A stretch of DNA of 26,523 nt, taken from positions 1-26,523 of the forward strand of contig CAWBGA010000018.1 of the NCBI GenBank assembly GCA_963788195.1. Reading direction: 5' to 3'. The translations under genes and the position numbers were made by a program. Below, one piece after another: positions 1 through 9,514 of the stretch. The stretch is from Nitrospirota bacterium. Its GTDB lineage: Bacteria > Nitrospirota > Nitrospiria > Nitrospirales > NS-4. The notes beneath the pieces are model-generated. The model searched no databases, was not told the origin of the DNA, and saw only the letters and a program-made list of their open reading frames with translations. The number at the start of each line of letters is the position of its first letter. The stretch's first letter is position 1.

Positions 1-324
1 TTGACCGCGACGCAAGACTTTGAGCGGGCAATCGTTCTCACCGCCTCGCTCGCGGCGCATTTTCAGCGTCAGGGGTTTGCACTGCGTCTCCTTATCGGGG
101 ATGAAGAGTTACGCTTGGGGACAGGCCAGGGCCACTTTTATCGAATCCTGCGCTTGCTGGCCTGTTCACGCCTGTCTCTGAACACCGGTGCGCCAATTCC
201 CCCCTCCTTTTTGACACTCTCGAGCGATACCGCACTGGGTCAGCTCGTCCTTCTCATTCTGCACTGGGAGGATGACCAACTTCGAGCGGCCTGCCTAGGG
301 GTCACGCGGATTCTGGACGCCTAA
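1..324 (+). CDS. DUF58-family protein, C-terminal part (begins before the window)
   Basis: ORF is open from base 1. 'FERAIVLTASLAAHF...G..LRL....GTGQGHFYRILRLLA' resembles the DUF58 C-terminus. It lies 3 bp before a transglutaminase gene, the usual MoxR-DUF58-transglutaminase arrangement. Confidence 0.7.
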   Translation: MTATQDFERAIVLTASLAAHFQRQGFALRLLIGDEELRLGTGQGHFYRILRLLACSRLSLNTGAPIPPSFLTLSSDTALGQLVLLILHWEDDQLRAACLGVTRILDA

Positions 325-327
325 AGG

Positions 328-2499
328 ATGTTTGAACGGACCTTCCGACTCATCTCGGTGTTGCTCGCCGCCATCGGGTTCGTCGGATTGACTGCCACGG
401 GGGATTTGCCTCCCGGGCTGGTCGTGCTGGGCTTACTTGCCCTGGCGGTGACAGCGGCCTCGATGACGGCCCGGGCAAAGGGCACGGTTCTGGAAAAGCT
501 CAGCCACGTCCCGCGCCGGATGTGGGACATCCTTCTCATAGTCGCGTTTATTGCTCTCATCGTGGATTTGATATTCCTCTCCATGGACATCCTGGCCTCT
601 GCCGTCAACTTTCTCATCGTGCTCATGGTCACCAAGCTCTTCACTCTGCGAAGCCGCAAGGATTTTCTGCATCTGTATGCCGTGAGCCTTTTGGAACTGT
701 TGGCGTGCGCAGCCTCCACCCAAGATCTATGGTATGTGCTTATCTTCTTCGCGTATCTGTTTGTCGCGATCTGGGTGCTCCTGCTCTACCACCTACGTAA
801 TGAAGAAGAGGAACGCTCGGCGGTGGTCTCTGAATCGGAGACGTCGCGATCGAGCTTGGCGCCGATTCGTGTGATTACTGCTCGGTTATTCTGGACCACG
901 AATGCCGTCGCCGCCGGCACATTGTGCCTGACAGTCGTCTTGTTCTTCGTCATCCCACGTATCGGCATCGGGTACTTTCAAAAAGCTCGCGCGGACCTGA
1001 TTCGAACCTCCGGGTTTTCCGACAAGGTGGATTTGGGAGTCATCGGAGCCATCAAACTGGACCAGACCGTGGTCATGCGAGTCGAATTCCCTGAGGAGCC
1101 AGGCCCGATTTCTGACCGTATGCATTTGTATTTTCGCGGAGCGGCATATGACACGTACGACGGGCGGGCATGGTCCAATCGATTTACGCGCCGACGCTCG
1201 CCGACACGCCCATTGAATGGTTTCGTCAAGGCGAGCACGGTTCCCCCGATCCCGACCGCCGGGGCCACGGCGATCAGGCAGGAGATTCTTCTGGAGGCCC
1301 TGGACACAAACGTTCTTTTTGGAATGCCGTACATGCATCGCGTCAAGAGCGCCTTACCGGTCTTTCAGACGGATGAGATGGGCGGATTTTATCTGTCATT
1401 CCCGCCTTCCACGAGATTTCAGTACACGGTGTTCTCGATTCCTGAGCTGCTACAGAAAGGAGACCGGGACCGAGACTCGATCGATGTTTCCCAATCAATG
1501 AGAGAACAATACCTCCAATTGCCGAGTTTAAGCCCCGACGTGCAATCCCTCGCCGAGAAGGTCACTGTGACGTCCAAAAGCAGCTACGCGAAGGCCAAGG
1601 CTGTCGAGCGCCACCTCCAGGAGAATTATCGGTACAGTCTGGACATTGAAGCCTCGGTGCAGAAGAGTCCCATCGAAGAATTCCTGTTCATCCGAAAGAC
1701 CGGTTACTGTGAGCATTACGCCTCCGCGATGGTCGTACTGCTTCGAACCCTCGGGATTCCGGCCCGACTTGCCACGGGCTTTCTGGCAGGGGAGTGGAAT
1801 GACTTCGGACACTACTATACGGTGCGGCAAAGCGACGCACATGCGTGGGTAGAAGTGTTTTTTCCGCTCTCGGGATGGATGACATTTGATCCGACCCCGA
1901 ATGTGATTGGGGCGGCCCCCAATCAGTTTTTGACGAGTGCCGGGAAGTTGGTCGACTCCATCCGTCTCCAATGGGATCGCTATGTGATCCGGTACAGTTT
2001 TCGTGATCAGGTCTCTATCAGCCACGACGCTCGGGCTCGTGCGTCCACGTACGGGGAACGGCTCTGGGCCTTGGCGACAGTCTCCGGTCAATGGATTAAA
2101 TCGGTGGGGCAGTCGGTGGGAGAGTTCTTCATTCCCACACGTCGACTTTACATCACAGGCAGCATTGTTGTTTTGTTCCTCATTGTGACAACACTGTTCC
2201 TGCGTCGTCGCGGCGCCGCGTCTCGGCGAACGGGCACATCCGACAACCAGACCGTTGCGACCGGCATGTACCGGCAGATGCTGGGGCTTCTCGAGTTACG
2301 CGGGATAAGAAAGCTCGAAAACACCACCCCGTTTGAATTCGCTCGGCTCGTCAGCCGGGACGGGAAGCATCTGGCGCCATTCGTTCAGCCGCTCACAGAA
2401 TGGTATTGCAGGGTACGCTTCGGCCCTGCTGCCGCCGAGCCGCACGATCTCGCGCCGGCAACGCGATGGCTCGCGAACCTTCGCGCGACCCCGCGCTGA
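328..2499 (+). CDS. TgpA-like membrane transglutaminase-domain protein (DUF3488 + transglutaminase core + DUF4129-like tail)
   Basis: Multi-TM N-terminus. Catalytic triad motifs GYCEHYA (Cys), HAWVE (His) and FDPTP (Asp). C-terminal 'TPFEFA...Y.RVRFG' segment. Confidence 0.9.
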   Translation: MFERTFRLISVLLAAIGFVGLTATGDLPPGLVVLGLLALAVTAASMTARAKGTVLEKLSHVPRRMWDILLIVAFIALIVDLIFLSMDILASAVNFLIVLMVTKLFTLRSRKDFLHLYAVSLLELLACAASTQDLWYVLIFFAYLFVAIWVLLLYHLRNEEEERSAVVSESETSRSSLAPIRVITARLFWTTNAVAAGTLCLTVVLFFVIPRIGIGYFQKARADLIRTSGFSDKVDLGVIGAIKLDQTVVMRVEFPEEPGPISDRMHLYFRGAAYDTYDGRAWSNRFTRRRSPTRPLNGFVKASTVPPIPTAGATAIRQEILLEALDTNVLFGMPYMHRVKSALPVFQTDEMGGFYLSFPPSTRFQYTVFSIPELLQKGDRDRDSIDVSQSMREQYLQLPSLSPDVQSLAEKVTVTSKSSYAKAKAVERHLQENYRYSLDIEASVQKSPIEEFLFIRKTGYCEHYASAMVVLLRTLGIPARLATGFLAGEWNDFGHYYTVRQSDAHAWVEVFFPLSGWMTFDPTPNVIGAAPNQFLTSAGKLVDSIRLQWDRYVIRYSFRDQVSISHDARARASTYGERLWALATVSGQWIKSVGQSVGEFFIPTRRLYITGSIVVLFLIVTTLFLRRRGAASRRTGTSDNQTVATGMYRQMLGLLELRGIRKLENTTPFEFARLVSRDGKHLAPFVQPLTEWYCRVRFGPAAAEPHDLAPATRWLANLRATPR

Positions 2500-2632
2500 C
2501 GGGGGACAAGGCGCTGTCTTGGCAGCGCCAGGGCGGGAGGGTGCAATGAAAATGAAATCTGTCCCACGGGACAAAAGCCTGTCGCATGCGGACGGCATGT
2601 CCTAGGCAAGCCGCGGGCGGCTGGGTGCAATG
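2500..2632. repeat. Cluster A of the ~50-bp hairpin/G-tract repeat family (G-rich strand = +)
   Basis: Full unit 2501-2547: GGGGG ACAA GGCGCTG TCTTGG CAGCGCC A GGG C GGG A GGG TGCAAT. It is followed by a half unit (gaaatctgtcc) and a disrupted unit (cacgggacaaaagcctgtc...gggcggctgggtgcaatg). Lies between convergent genes. Confidence 0.9.
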
Positions 2633-2675
2633 ACGAGTGTAATGAGACTCTTCCCCGGCACTTGTAAAGTTTGAA

Positions 2676-2972
2676 TCAGTATTCGAACGCAACGGTATAG
2701 AGAGCCGGGGTCATTTCAACGCCCAACTGGTCTAGCTTCCCCTTCATGGGTGCCGCGCTCTTTTCATAGGCTTTCCAGTAGAGGTCTTCATTTTCCCAGA
2801 GTGCAACATTAATGAAGTTGTACCGGCTGTCCGGTTTGAGGCTCCTATGAAACTTTCCGCTGATGAATCCCGGTTGCTTGGTGATACTGCTCTTCACGTC
2901 CTGCCACCATTGCACGAAGTCATCTTCCTTGCCCTTTGGGACGGAAAACACATTAATTAAAGTAACTGGCAT
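2676..2972 (-). CDS. Antibiotic biosynthesis monooxygenase (ABM)-domain protein
   Basis: MPVTLINVFSVPKGKEDDF...QPGFISGKFHRSL...FINVALWE fits the ABM fold pattern. Strong SD GGAGGTG just upstream of the ATG at 2972. Confidence 0.85.
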   Translation of the reverse strand: MPVTLINVFSVPKGKEDDFVQWWQDVKSSITKQPGFISGKFHRSLKPDSRYNFINVALWENEDLYWKAYEKSAAPMKGKLDQLGVEMTPALYTVAFEY

Positions 2973-3067
2973 GAAACACCTCCTATTTTTGAGTTCAACC
3001 AATCAGGATTGCGATTTCGTCTAACGACTACACATGATCCGCTGTGCCTGCCGCTTCCCGTCCTTTC

Positions 3068-3096
3068 TTGACAGGGTATGGAGGGGGGCATAGGAT
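3068..3096 (+). promoter_or_regulatory. Putative sigma-70 promoter for the nfeD-SPFH-ktrBA operon
   Basis: TTGACA (3068-3073), 17-bp spacer, TAGGAT (3091-3096). Confidence 0.55.
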
Positions 3097-3117
3097 AGCC
3101 GTGAATTGAGCGGATTT

Positions 3118-4443
3118 ATGCAGACAAACCGACGCCGGGCAGGATATTCCACCGCTGTCCCCTGTTTGTCGGTGCTGTTTTTTTCACTATTCTTCCTGCC
3201 TGTGCCCGCCTCCTCAGATCCCGAATCCAAACTAGTCTATCTGGCCACGTTTGAAGGCGTCATTAACCCCGTCACGGCGGAATATATCAATTCTGTACTC
3301 TCGCAGGCTCAGGAAGGCGGTGCAACAGCCGTCGTCATCAAGTTGGATACGCCGGGCGGATTGGATACCTCCATGCGCCTAATCATCAAGGACATCACCT
3401 CCTCAGCAGTCCCCGTTATCGTGTATGTGGCACCGAGCGGAGGGAGAGCGGCTTCGGCGGGGGTCTTTATTCTCTACAGTGCTCACATTGCTGCGATGGC
3501 GCCCGGCACGAATGTCGGCGCGGCGCATCCGGTGGCGATGGGCGGCGGGGAGATGGATGCCGTCATGAAGGCGAAGGTGGAGAACGACGCGGCGGCGTAT
3601 ATCAAATCAATCGCCGAAAAGCGTGGTCGCAACGCGAAGTGGGCTGAAGAGGCCGTCCGAAAGAGCGTCTCCGTGACTGAAAAAGAAGCCCTAGCTTTAA
3701 AGGTGATCGATCTGATCGCGGATGACGTGCCGTCTCTTCTCACTGCCATAGACGGTCGCTCGGTAGTCACAGGCGCGGGCAAGAACGTCCTGCACACCAA
3801 GGGAGCCACGCTCAAGGATGTGCCGATGGGATGGCGGTTGGAAGCCTTGAAAGCGTTGAGCGACCCCAACATTGCATTTATCCTCATGACCCTTGGAACC
3901 ATCGGTCTCTTAGCAGAACTCTATAACCCCGGAGCCATACTTCCTGGTATTGTGGGGGCGATCAGTCTCATCCTGGCGTTCTATTCGCTTCAGACTCTGC
4001 CGGTGAACTACGCCGGTGTGTTACTTATCATCCTCGGGATCGTGCTGTTCATTTTGGAGATCAAAGTCGCGAGCTATGGATTGTTGAGCCTCGGTGGATT
4101 GGCCGCGCTGATCTTTGGCGCGCTCTTACTGGTGAAGACCGATGCTCCATTCCTCAAGGTATCGCTCTCGTTGATCATTCCCATGGCTGTGCTGGTTGGG
4201 GCGCTCCTCATGACCCTGACATGGATGGCTGCCAAAACACAACGCCGGGCGGCCGTAACGGGTGCAGAGGGGATGATAGGCACGATTGCGCTCGCCAAGA
4301 CCGACGTGGCCCCGCGGGGTCGGGTTTTTATCCATGGAGAGATGTGGGACGCTGTGAGTGATGAGCCCATCCGGGAGGGCGAGGAAGCCAAGGTCAAAGC
4401 GGTCTCGGGCTTGACGCTAAAGGTTGCACCACACCGCAAATGA
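3118..4443 (+). CDS. nfeD: NfeD-family membrane-bound serine protease (ClpP-like domain + TM + OB fold)
   Basis: LDTPGG, RAASAG and AAMAPGTNVGAAHPV motifs, a TM block and C-terminal GRVFIHGEMWDA. Directly upstream of an SPFH gene. Start could also be TTG at 3106. Confidence 0.92.
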   Translation: MQTNRRRAGYSTAVPCLSVLFFSLFFLPVPASSDPESKLVYLATFEGVINPVTAEYINSVLSQAQEGGATAVVIKLDTPGGLDTSMRLIIKDITSSAVPVIVYVAPSGGRAASAGVFILYSAHIAAMAPGTNVGAAHPVAMGGGEMDAVMKAKVENDAAAYIKSIAEKRGRNAKWAEEAVRKSVSVTEKEALALKVIDLIADDVPSLLTAIDGRSVVTGAGKNVLHTKGATLKDVPMGWRLEALKALSDPNIAFILMTLGTIGLLAELYNPGAILPGIVGAISLILAFYSLQTLPVNYAGVLLIILGIVLFILEIKVASYGLLSLGGLAALIFGALLLVKTDAPFLKVSLSLIIPMAVLVGALLMTLTWMAAKTQRRAAVTGAEGMIGTIALAKTDVAPRGRVFIHGEMWDAVSDEPIREGEEAKVKAVSGLTLKVAPHRK

Positions 4444-4458
4444 TTCGAAAGAGGAGCC

Positions 4459-5211
4459 GTGATGCTGATGTCCTATGTACTGCCGATCATTCTTGTTCTC
4501 GCGCTGATCTACACCAGTATCAAGATCTTGATGGAGTACGAGCGTGGCGTGATCTTTTTCCTGGGAAAATTCCAGACCGTCAAGGGGCCTGGCCTGATAA
4601 TCGTGATTCCTGGTTTGCAGAAGATGTTGCGCGTCAATCTTCAGACCGTCACCATGGACGTGCCGTCGCAAGACGTCATCACGAGGGACAATGTCTCGGT
4701 AAAGGTGAATGCCGTCATTTTCTTCAGGGTCGTCGATCCGCAGCGGGCGATCCTCGCGGTGCAGGACTACCTCTATTCGACGTCTCAGATTGCCCAGACC
4801 ACCTTGCGAAGCGTGCTCGGCCAGAGCCAGTTGGATGAACTACTTTCGAAACGCGAAGAGATCAATGTCGAACTGCAACGAATCATCGACCAGCAAACTG
4901 AGCCATGGGGGGTCAAAGTCTCTGCGGTCGAGGTCAAAAACGTGGATCTGCCGCAGGAGATGCTGCGGGCGATCGCCAAGCAGGCCGAGGCCGAACGCGA
5001 GCGCCGGGCCAAGGTGATCCATGCCCAAGGCGAATTCGAAGCCTCGCAAAAGCTGTCCGAGGCCGCCGTGATTCTAAGTAATCCGACTGCGCTACAGCTG
5101 AGATACTTGCAGACACTGGTGGAGGTCGGAGCTGAAAAGAACTCAACGATAATCTTTCCAATTCCAATTGATATTATTGCCTCCGTCTTACAAGCCGGAA
5201 AGAAGCCCTGA
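4459..5211 (+). CDS. SPFH/band 7 (stomatin-like, slipin) protein
   Basis: [43 protein letters not shown] and [10 protein letters not shown] motifs. SD GAGGAG before the GTG. Canonical partner of nfeD. Confidence 0.95.
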   Translation: MMLMSYVLPIILVLALIYTSIKILMEYERGVIFFLGKFQTVKGPGLIIVIPGLQKMLRVNLQTVTMDVPSQDVITRDNVSVKVNAVIFFRVVDPQRAILAVQDYLYSTSQIAQTTLRSVLGQSQLDELLSKREEINVELQRIIDQQTEPWGVKVSAVEVKNVDLPQEMLRAIAKQAEAERERRAKVIHAQGEFEASQKLSEAAVILSNPTALQLRYLQTLVEVGAEKNSTIIFPIPIDIIASVLQAGKKP

Positions 5212-5222
5212 CAAATTCATCA

Positions 5223-6614
5223 ATGGAACAATCCCTGCCCCGGCTCGGATTCCCACGCAGGATTGGGGACTGGTTCCGGTCGGCGAACTATAATGCTTCC
5301 CAATTCGTTCCACTCGCCTTTGCGGTGCTCATTCTCTTAGGCGCCCTGCTGTTAATGACGCCGTTCGCGACGACCGGGCGATCTATCGGCTTCATAGATG
5401 CCCTCTTCACAATGACTTCGGCCGTCACTGTGACGGGTCTTGTCGTGTTCGACACCTCAAACGATTTCACGGTCTTTGGGCAGTTGGTCATCCTGGCCGG
5501 CATCCAGGTCGGAGGGCTTGGCTACTCGACAATGGCGACCTTACTGTTGCTCTCGCTTGGGCGAAGTCTCGGCATGCGTCAGCGGATGATGATGATGGAG
5601 GTATTGAGCACGTTGAGCATGGAAGGGCTTGTCCGGTACGTGAAGATTATTGCCGTCACGACGCTCGTGATCGAAGCCATCGGGGCGATCCTCCTCACGG
5701 CTCGGTTCGCCTTTGATATGGACCTCGGACGCGCCCTTTATTTCGGAATTTTCCATTCCATTTCGGCATTTAACAATGCAGGGTTTTCTCTCTTTTCACA
5801 GAATTTGCTTTCTTACAGAGATGATGTGTTGATCAACCTCACAATTCCGACCCTCGTCGTGCTTGGCGCTATCGGCTTTCTGGTCTTTCGCGATATTCTG
5901 GACAATCTTTACGGCGAGCGCTTCCGACTTTCGACACATACCAAATTGGTGCTCGTGGTGACCGGGTTGCTCATTCTTGGGGGGACAGTAGGTATCTGGG
6001 GCTTTGAAGTGCAAAACGATAAGACCTTGGGGAATCTGTCCTTTGGCGAGCAAATCCTGATAGCTTTCTTCCATTCCGTCTCGGCGACGGCGGGGTTCAA
6101 CACGCTCGATATGAGCCTCATGGGTCAGCCCGCTCTTTACCTGCTTATACTCCTTATGATTGTCGGGGGATCTCCGGGAAGTACGGCGGGAGGCATAAAA
6201 ACAACGACTCTTGGCATTCTCGTGTCGTCGTTGTGGAGCACTTTGAAGGGGCGCGCGGATGTTATGATGTTTCATCGGCGGATTCCGCAGGAGATTGTGA
6301 TGAAGTCGTTTGTCTTGGCGGCCTTGGCGTGGGGACTGGTGACTGGTTTCACGATGGTTCTGTCATATTCTGAGAGTCAGGAATTTCTAAGGATTCTCTT
6401 CGAGGTGGCGTCTGCGGCCGGCACAGCGGGGTACTCCACCGGCAACGGAGGAGTCTTGAGTTTCTCCGCCCTGTTTAGCGACTTCGGAAAACTGATGATT
6501 ATCGGCACGATGTTCATCGGGCGATTTGGGCCCCTGCTGCTCGGGTTATTTACGGTGCGAACTCATGAAGAGCTTCGCTACCGCTATGCAGAGGCACGCG
6601 TGGTCCTCGGATAG
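5223..6614 (+). CDS. ktrB: Ktr/Trk potassium uptake system membrane subunit
   Basis: Four pore-loop segments (SAVTVTGL, SAFNNAGF, ATAGFN, SAAGTAGYSTG), the GGSPGSTAGGIKTTT loop and MFIGRFG. Confidence 0.92.
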   Translation: MEQSLPRLGFPRRIGDWFRSANYNASQFVPLAFAVLILLGALLLMTPFATTGRSIGFIDALFTMTSAVTVTGLVVFDTSNDFTVFGQLVILAGIQVGGLGYSTMATLLLLSLGRSLGMRQRMMMMEVLSTLSMEGLVRYVKIIAVTTLVIEAIGAILLTARFAFDMDLGRALYFGIFHSISAFNNAGFSLFSQNLLSYRDDVLINLTIPTLVVLGAIGFLVFRDILDNLYGERFRLSTHTKLVLVVTGLLILGGTVGIWGFEVQNDKTLGNLSFGEQILIAFFHSVSATAGFNTLDMSLMGQPALYLLILLMIVGGSPGSTAGGIKTTTLGILVSSLWSTLKGRADVMMFHRRIPQEIVMKSFVLAALAWGLVTGFTMVLSYSESQEFLRILFEVASAAGTAGYSTGNGGVLSFSALFSDFGKLMIIGTMFIGRFGPLLLGLFTVRTHEELRYRYAEARVVLG

Positions 6615-6627
6615 TGAGGGAGAATGT

Positions 6628-7317
6628 ATGAAACGGCAGGTGGCGGTGATCGGCCTCGGACGATTCGGTTATGGTGTCGCGGAAACCCTGATCCGCAAAG
6701 GATGTGAGGTTCTCGCCATCGATACGGACCCAGAAAAAGTCCAATCGATCAGTGACTTGGCCACTTTTGCTGTCCAATGCGATGCTACAGATCAAAGAGC
6801 GCTCAAGGCGATCAGCATTCAAAATGTCGATGTAGCCGTCGTGAGTATTGGTGAGGACCTCGAGGCCAGTATCCTGATCGTTCAGACGTTGAAGGAATTG
6901 GGCGTCAAACAGATCATCGCTAAAGGAGTCACACCTCTCCACGGCAAGATCCTACAAAATCTTGGGGTCACCGAGGTGATCTTTCCCGAACGCGACGCCG
7001 CGACTCGTCTGGCACAACGCCTGATATCCCCCAATGTTTTTGAATACTTTGAACTGGTACCCGGTTATAGTGTCGAAGAAGTCGCCGTGCCGAACCACCT
7101 CTCGGGGCTCCGACTCCGCGAGGCGCAAATTCGTGAAAACTACCAGATCAACGTGATCGGGATAAAGAAGAAGGTCACCCGCATGGTCAAGGGCCAGATG
7201 GTCAGTGAGGAAGTATTTAACGTCACGCCTTCGCTCGATGATGTCATCGAAAAAGGCGATGTGCTGGTCGTAATCGGGAAGCAGGAAGACCTCGATCGTC
7301 TTACCAAGCTGGAATAA
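6628..7317 (+). CDS. ktrA: Ktr/Trk potassium uptake NAD-binding (RCK) subunit
   Basis: MKRQVAVIGLGRFG Rossmann motif, 'IFPERD' and a C-terminal RCK_C domain. SD GAGGGAG before the ATG at 6628. Confidence 0.92.
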   Translation: MKRQVAVIGLGRFGYGVAETLIRKGCEVLAIDTDPEKVQSISDLATFAVQCDATDQRALKAISIQNVDVAVVSIGEDLEASILIVQTLKELGVKQIIAKGVTPLHGKILQNLGVTEVIFPERDAATRLAQRLISPNVFEYFELVPGYSVEEVAVPNHLSGLRLREAQIRENYQINVIGIKKKVTRMVKGQMVSEEVFNVTPSLDDVIEKGDVLVVIGKQEDLDRLTKLE

Positions 7318-7320
7318 CCA

Positions 7321-7956
7321 TCTCACCCACCCGGCCCTGAAATCTGCCAAGACCGATTTCTTTTCCCCTGTTACACCCTCCGGCCCCGGCGCTGTCAGTG
7401 CACCCAACATTCCACCCGAACCTCTCCCCGGACGCGCCTAGACGCGTCCTGTTCCCGCGCCCTAGAGTCTGCCAAGACAGCCTACTTAACCACCGGACAG
7501 CGCCTTTTTCCCGTGGCACCCGCCCGCCAAGCATTACACCCGAACCCACCCTGGAGTTTGCCAAGACAAACTCCTTTGCCCCTGGCACCCACCCGCCAAG
7601 CCGAGCTAGCTCGACGTTGCACCCAGCCCACCCCGAGCTCGCCGAGACGAGCTCTTTTTCCCGTGAAGGCCTGATGATTATTTAAGGCCGCCGGGATAGT
7701 TTCTGCTATTCCTACCTATTCCGCCTGCCGAGACAGGCTTGGGGTGCCGTGGGACACCCGGACGCGCCGGTCCGCGTCCCTATTCCCATGGCCAGAGCCT
7801 GCAGCAGGCTCTTCTCCCGCAGGACGGGGCCTTTGCCCGCGGGACAGGCTCCTTCTCCCTATGACACCCGCGCGCCCTGGAACCTCATTTCACCCGCCAC
7901 ACCCCGGCCCCGCCAAGACGGGGCCTTTGCCCGTAGGACAGGTTCCTTTACTCCCC
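7321..7956. repeat. Cluster B of the hairpin/G-tract repeat family (C-rich strand = +)
   Basis: Full units at about 7325-7370, 7411-7460, 7534-7584, 7617-7665 and 7886-7935, of the form CACCC-N-CCC-N-CCC-stem-CCNAGA-stem'-TTTTCCC(G/C)TG. Also several fragments and stacked half-units at 7795-7860. Confidence 0.92.
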
Positions 7957-8215
7957 GGCCCCGGCCTACTTGATATCGGCCTAGCGCTGGTTACTATTAT
8001 CTATCCGGACGCGAACTTAAGAAGTTAAGACCCCATAGTTTTGACAACTAGGCGGGGGCGCAGAGCTTTTTGTCTATTGTGCAAACAGAGAGGGCTGCTT
8101 TACCAAGAAACAAGGCTGTGGATTCATTAGACATTCTCCAGGGTCAGGTGTCTAAGAGTCAAAAGGCCTCGGCAGCCGCTAGGATGGCTCATCATAAGGA
8201 TATGAGGGTGTCGAC

Positions 8216-9439
8216 ATGGATGAATTAGCCGAAAGAGATCTACACCTTGACGAGGATGTGGAAATGGCGCCTGACCTCGCGCTTCTAGGCACCGAAGAGC
8301 AAGGCGAGGAGACTCCGCCTGCCGACGAGGACGTCCAGCCGAAGGCCCGAGCCACTAAGAATCCCGGGGAGCTGGAGTGGATGTATTTTCAATCTTTTGG
8401 AAAACAGGCCCTACTGACGCGTGAGGGCGAGACGGTTCTTGGGAAACGCATTGAACGGGGAGACCGCCTTGTTCGACAGGCTTCACGGAGCGCGCTGGCC
8501 ATTGCAAGACGACTCCGGCCCTCGGAGGCTGTGAAGGCCTCCACGGTCGCCCTTAAAGCTGTGCTTGCGGTGAGCGGGCTATCGGCTACAGATCTCGATA
8601 AAGGTAGCCGGGCGATTAAAGATATGATCAAAGAGTTAGGGGTGCCGGAAGGCCGACTGGCCTCCAAGGCCCGGACGTTAAAGGCTCTTCTTGAGGAGTT
8701 CCGGGTTGGGCGGGCGGAGCTCGAAAAGGCCAAAACTGAAATGGTGGTGTCCAACTTGCGATTAGTCGTTGACCTCGCCAAGCATTACAATGGGCGGGGG
8801 CTGAGTTTGTTGGACCTTATTCAGGAAGGGAACATCGGCCTCATGAAAGCGGCCGAGCGGTTTGATTATCGGCGCGGATTTAAGTTCAGCACGTACGCGA
8901 CATGGTGGATACGTCAGGGAATAACGCGCGCGCTGGCCGATCAGTCCCGTACTATCCGAATTCCCGTTCACATGACCGAAAACTTTCAACGGGTACACAA
9001 GGCCACTCGCCAGCTGGCCCAGCGCCTAGGGCGGTCTCCCTCTATCGAAGAAGTGGCAGGATCCGTGAGATCCACAGGTGAACGAGTGGCTCAGACTCTG
9101 CAAGCCTTTCAGGAAGTCGTCTCTCTGGAATACCCCGTGGGTGATGGAGAGGCCCTGCTCGGCGACTTTATTCCGGATCGTGAATCTCCGACTGCAGACA
9201 GTCTGGTAGATCGAAGCCAGATGAGCCAACAGGTGGCGCAGGTGCTGGGCTCGCTTAGCCCCCGCGAAGAGGCGGTCATTCGTCTGCGTTTCGGAGTCGG
9301 TCAAGGCGAAGCCATGACTCTCGAGGAAGTGGGGCGTACCTTAGGGGTCACACGCGAACGTATTCGCCAGATCGAAGCGAAAGCTCTTATCAAACTTCGC
9401 ACTCCGGAGTTTCAGCAAGTGTTGCGCCCACTGCTTTAA
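8216..9439 (+). CDS. RNA polymerase sigma-70 factor, RpoD/RpoS-like, lacking region 1.1
   Basis: Region 2 ([41 protein letters not shown]), region 3 (RTIRIPVHM) and region 4 (TLEEVG...[10 protein letters not shown]). Region 1.2 is divergent. Confidence 0.92.
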   Translation: MDELAERDLHLDEDVEMAPDLALLGTEEQGEETPPADEDVQPKARATKNPGELEWMYFQSFGKQALLTREGETVLGKRIERGDRLVRQASRSALAIARRLRPSEAVKASTVALKAVLAVSGLSATDLDKGSRAIKDMIKELGVPEGRLASKARTLKALLEEFRVGRAELEKAKTEMVVSNLRLVVDLAKHYNGRGLSLLDLIQEGNIGLMKAAERFDYRRGFKFSTYATWWIRQGITRALADQSRTIRIPVHMTENFQRVHKATRQLAQRLGRSPSIEEVAGSVRSTGERVAQTLQAFQEVVSLEYPVGDGEALLGDFIPDRESPTADSLVDRSQMSQQVAQVLGSLSPREEAVIRLRFGVGQGEAMTLEEVGRTLGVTRERIRQIEAKALIKLRTPEFQQVLRPLL

Positions 9440-9514
9440 AATGCTTCCCGTTGTCTGCGGTCAGCTTTCTCATGAATCCTAAATATGCCACAATGGGGGC
9501 CGGAGGAGCCTGGA

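Noticed and set aside
7321..7956. Repeat hairpins as plain rho-independent terminators
   Set aside because: The T run after the stem is only 3-5 nt and often interrupted. The same orientation occurs inside ftsI upstream of murE, and termination would not explain the conserved loop and G/C tracts. Weak termination is not excluded.
7301..8028. ORFs 7398-7685, 7744-8028, 7749-7973 (+) and 7301-7588 (-)
   Set aside because: Pro/Gly/Arg-rich translations of repeat DNA with no SD or domain signature.
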